NCBI RefSeq assembly: GCF_964355755.1
Contig: NC_092676.1
Coordinates: 29,840,871-29,904,870, forward strand
Origin: Antedon mediterranea
Lineage: Eukaryota > Animalia > Echinodermata
DNA length: 64,000 nucleotides
Direction: 5' to 3'
The notes below the pieces were generated by a model. That model was not told where the DNA came from and ran no database searches. It worked only from the letters and a program-made list of their open reading frames with translations. The stretch's first letter is position 1. Every line of letters starts with the position of its first letter. Of this stretch, positions 55,961-64,000 are shown piece by piece. Both the position numbers and the translations under genes were made by a program.

Positions 55961-58900
55961 TCACGTACTGCTCTCTCCCGACGCCGTGCTTAATGATCGT
56001 CGTTGTCTTTGTAAATACATAGAATTAACCAAGGTTCGCGTCGACGTTCCGGTCGGTAAACGCAATCTGGTATCTATGGGTGCTGTATCGTCTACTAATG
56101 GCTTAACATATCGTATAGCATAAATCTTAATTACAAATATACAAATTAAAACAACCCAGCAATTTAATATAAGCGCACTGGCTATGTATATACATTTCGT
56201 AAAAAGTTCTTTTTCATCAGTTACAAAATACGGTGGAAGAAACGCCAGCAGTATGACGACTGTAGTGAAAGAACAGAAACTTAAAAATCTAGATTCGTAA
56301 TAGTTATCGGGAAGGCGACGAGCCTTAAACACAGACGCACAGCAAACAAGGATGAAGACGAAATTGTAGGCTAGACTGGTGATCACTTCGTTTATTTGGA
56401 TGTTACACGCAAGCTCGATTCTTGGTGAGTCTCCCAAGACTTTGCGAGGAAGTACGTCTGGTGGATACAACAGCAACCAAACACTGGATATTATAACCTG
56501 GAAATAAATATTACAAAATTTCAGAATTAGTTGGTTAGATCAGGGAGTTGTAATTACAACTCCCTGGGTAGATCATTAATTGAAGGTTTGCATGGCGAAA
56601 TCAATATGTTAATATAAAGTTTGCGGTACAGCCCTACATCTTGTTCTGCAAAGAACTGCTAAAGTTCCTCGACGTTTCGATTGTGCTCTAGAGCAACAGC
56701 GATCTACAGTACATCACCAGATCATTGAGTGACATTAATTATAACACGAAAGTGTAACTTCTTTTATTATTGAAATTTCAGGAAAAGGGTTCTTGTTTAT
56801 TAATATTTCTTATCCATGCAAAACATAAATAATTGGTTTAATACCTGTATAGAAACAACAATCAGTAAGATTCCAAGTTGTTTCGGTCGTTGGATTAGTT
56901 TTGGATTTTCTGTTGAATCTGTAGCAAATGCAACCGAAAATATTTTCTGAAGTCTAATACTCTTTAGAGCCATTGATGAATACATTAGGCAGCCTCCGAT
57001 GGCGGGTAGAAGCCTTGCCGCCGCACAAACAGTCTCACTGGGTTTAACAGCAAACGTTATTGTAGCTACCAACACTATTGTCTCACCAAATAAAATGAGA
57101 TAATTTAGAAGGGGCTCAGAAGTTTGAAGAATCTGCTCCTTTCGGTAGAAAATGAAGAATATGAGTACGATTAAAATGCCTACAAGTCCGATCGATGCCG
57201 TTATAAGAATCAGAGAACCAAGATGGCTTCCCCAACTGACATAAACTTCCTCCAGTACAAGACATTCCATATGCGTGTTGTCAGGACCAGTTGACCCGTT
57301 ACATTTCCAGCATTCCTTGTCATTATCAGGATCTACAATTGTGTCGTCAATACATGCTTTACATTCCCAACAACATCTCACTCTTTCGTAAATCAATACA
57401 GTTTGAAATCCGGCTGGACATGTCTCACTACATTGGGATTGTGGGATCGACCCGTTTATCGATGATTTCACCGACCAAGTAATGTCATCATTAAAATCAG
57501 AGAAGCCGTCTGTAGTAGTCCATGTTCCCACAGGGTAAGCGCGTAACTTCCCAACTACGGCATCACGTTGGAAATAACTCATCCTGTAACGCCCCTGGAT
57601 GTCTCCGTGTGAATCGAACTCTATGCGCCCGTTAACAAGACTGTCAAAAGATGTTCTTCGTAATTCTTCCAGCAAGATGTCACCTGGCACCTGTTGCATT
57701 ATTTCAACACATTTGTTGTTGGTCGGTTTAGTATCGTGACAAAGTGAGCTTTGTATGCTGTGCAGTGCGTAAGCGAACGCGTATACGCTATCCATCACTA
57801 AGGTATCGTGTGAATCAGTGTCGTCCTCATCAATGCATGACGTCATTGAGCAATTTTTTTCGTAATACTCAGAAAACCAAGGATTGTTTGACGTTAATGG
57901 AGTAGTTGAGATAAACGATAAATCGAAAGCCCGTAATCGTTCTGAATACGGTACCATCGTGAACGATCCTTCTGCTGCAGCTTCGTGTTCTACAATGCCT
58001 TTAACTCCAGCATTCCCAATGGCGTCACTTGCGATCCATATAAAAACACCAGTGGCATTGAGACGCTCTACAGCATCAAATACAGCGTTGGCCGTTTCTA
58101 AGTCTAAGAACAATACCACCGCCACTGCACCTCTGTCTAAGAGTATTTGTACTATCTGCTTCATGTTACTATCAACTGATACAGCTTCTTCGACTGCTAA
58201 ACATATTTGATCTGCTGATTGTTTCTGGAACTCGCTGTAGCCATTGCGCCCGTAACTGTCATCAGAGTACAGAATAGAGACGTATGTCCAGTTGAAGTGG
58301 AGAACCAGATCAATCATGGCAGTCACCTACGAAAAATCAAATATTAAGGCAAAATTAAAACAAACACTAACGAGTGTAGAATGTTTCCATTTATAAAGAT
58401 TTGTTTCAACTAAGACGCAGCGCAAGGACGACGTAAGCGCAAGGATGACGTAAGCGCAAGGATGACGTAAGCGCAAGGCACAAGCACAATTAATTAAAGT
58501 GTACAAAATATTGAAAGAAGAGCAAATAAAATGTGTAATATGTAAAGTATAATTATACGCGCTAAAATCGACTTACCTGGAATCTATCAGGCGGTACAGT
58601 CCTAAGAAAATACTCATACTTAATCTTGTCGCTAAGTTCATCACTGGTTGACAGGTAGCTAATCTGAGGAACGTTGAATAGACCCAAAGTGGTGGCTGCC
58701 TGAATACTGCTACTACTCCTCTGAGCACCAATCACACCAGAAATATTACGGAATTGTGTACAATCTGTTGGTGGTGGAGCTATACAACTCCCAACACATG
58801 TCTCTTGTTCGTTTACATGTTCCTGATCTAGCACAAAGTTAACACTTTCCCCCAAAGCTACCGCATCATAGTAACATGTATCTCTGATATCAAATCCTAG

Positions 58901-59167
58901 TTTTATTCCAGGTAACATTTTTAAGTCTTTGTTTATTTTATCAACAGCGTACACTAATGCCTCGACTCGTTTGATGTATGGAACGGCTAAAATGCCTTCA
59001 CATTCACCACTCGTCTCGTTGTATTCATGAACTGGCATCAACGCCCCAAGAATCAAGTCACCGTCTACAAAATATCTATCTGTTGAAGATGATCTTGCCA
59101 AGCAGAAGAGAAGCACCAAGTTGAAAACGTTCATCAACATATATTTAGGCATGGAAGATTGAAACAT
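55961..59167 (-). CDS. Class C GPCR, metabotropic glutamate receptor-like, ~869 aa, 3 exons
   Basis: Exons 59167-58577, 58326-56845, 56497-55961. Signal peptide, GDLILGALMPVH, LPGIKLGFDIRDTC, VPQISY.STS.ELSDK...FLRTVPPD, WTYVS, NNPWF, cysteine-rich CSETC...CCWEC..C, 7TM with KARRLPDNYYESRFL. Confidence 0.92.
58416..58478. repeat. 17-bp tandem repeat x3-4 (GCGCAAGGATGACGTAA)
   Basis: Direct reading; possibly related to CGCAACGCA-type fragments at ~55860-55950, ~62575-62710 and ~63258-63365. Confidence 0.7.
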
Positions 59168-60489
59168 GGCGGATACGTTTAATTACCAAATGTGAAGTCT
59201 ATGTTGTATTTTTAAGTAACTGATCTGGAGGAGACAGCATAATTAATGAAAATAGTTATCTTGTTGACACAATCATCGATAGTCTATTATTAGGTCAGTT
59301 AATTAATAATTAAACATTCGACATTCTGTTGAGCATATGACAAATTCTCATCAGCTGTCAATCCAGTCCTCATACCATTGAGTTCCTGTATACAATAACA
59401 AAGTATAGTATATAAATGAATAAGTCGAATATTTTATATATTTTTATGGCCGACTTCTGTCGTAAACGACAATGTCAATTAGTCTTACATTCATTTGAAT
59501 GATGACTAAAAAGCCAGGACTGTTTAAATCAGTTTGGCTGGTCCCAACATTGACCAAGGGCTTCTCTCGTCTCCAGTTCCCACATTAACCAGGAGAGGCA
59601 TAGGCCAATGCGTCTGAGGCAGATACTAGTCGAATAACGGTTTAAATATTACAAAGCCTCGCAAACAGTATATTAAGCCTACTGGTGTGTCCCAACTTAC
59701 AAACTTTAAACCCCTTTAAACAATTTGGAACAAACCTGTCTACTAAAACTATAATAGAGGCATCAAACCTTTACAGTTGCAACCGTTTTACCTTTTCATT
59801 TAGGCCGTTGGAAATTGATTTAAAGTGAAGATACTGATAGACCTAGCTAGACAAGAACGAACTTTGTTTTGCGATTGGTGTTATATGGATGTGGGCATAT
59901 AGAATGTTAACACTCAAAGTCCAGTAGATATATTGAGTGAGTAAACTTTGCTTTATTCTATATTACCTAAGTCTATTTAAATAATCTAAATCAGACTGAT
60001 AACAAATTGATAACGTTTGTAATTACTTAATGATCATTATCGGTAGATTCGGAAACATTTGATGACAGATTAACCCTTAACCCATTGAATAACAAAATAA
60101 ATAATTAAATAAAATATAGTTATTGAATAATAGTTTTTCAAAATTGTTATGTCTAATAGTTTACAACTACGACGCTCTGTACAATTTGAAACCGAAGTCT
60201 CCTATGTAATATTTATCTATATAAATGTATGAAATATATTTTCCTTGTTTATCTTCAAAGAATGAACATTTTGAAAGGAAAGGGAAAAGGTTTGTCCATG
60301 GAGGTATAACATTTATTTGATTACACGGCCTCTGTTATGGTGCCGTTCGAAATAACAGTGACAAAGATTTCGTGGTTGGTTGAACATTATGGGTATGTCT
60401 GTTTTGTTATTCAAGGTTTTTGGACATTGAAAACTTAATTCATTAGATTTTCAGATTAGTACTGTAGTAGACACTGGTGAGAAACGAAC

Positions 60490-63682
<3,193 letters not shown>

Positions 63683-64000
63683 TTTTTTTTAATAGAGAGA
63701 AAATAAATAATTGTAATGGATCATTTGTTTAATTAACTTACACATTTTTCGAAGTAGGCCTACAATAACAATATAATTAACACCCGTGAAAGATATGAGA
63801 GGCGTAGTAACACCACCGGCGAATTGATTTCATAGGCCTTTTGTATTGGACTGGACTAATAATTAATAATATTTAATATCAATTGTTTAAAGCTAAGGTA
63901 CAGGCATGAATTTTAAATATAATATTTGGTTAATTGTACATAAATCAAATATTTGTAACAGAAATCAAGATGAAAAAACATAAATTTCCCGTAATATGGT

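Overview
AT-rich, gene-dense, intron-containing animal genomic DNA, not prokaryotic and with no CRISPR array. A marine invertebrate deuterostome such as an echinoderm is plausible, but that is inference. Nine protein-coding genes were reconstructed by hand from GT-AG junctions: AGPAT3/4-like (+), TRIM2/3-like TRIM-NHL (-), TTLL2-like (+, single coding exon), SENP6/7-like (-), UTP14 (+), CEP57-like (-), FAM76-like (+), an mGluR-like class C GPCR (-) and a classical SDR (+). SENP6/UTP14 and CEP57/FAM76 are head-to-head pairs. Introns hold many minisatellites, about 12 copies of one Harbinger-like MITE, a 1,992-bp non-autonomous DNA transposon nested in one MITE, and SINE/LINE remnants. Most notable unexplained signals: (1) three 23-26-bp CA...TG palindromes each bracketed by a 7-bp direct repeat, resembling P-superfamily excision footprints, plus an 87-bp perfect hairpin; (2) four independent tandem duplications centred on 5' splice sites, including 18 copies of a FAM76 donor; (3) a TAGGCCTA/CTAG-rich signature downstream of most first-exon donors, which also points to an orphan antisense promoter at about 22.1-22.4 kb; (4) a tRNA-Ile-headed, structured ~250-nt Pol III-like unit; (5) CEP57-FAM76 head-to-head order as in human. 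Internal exon coordinates are manual and may be off by a few bases.
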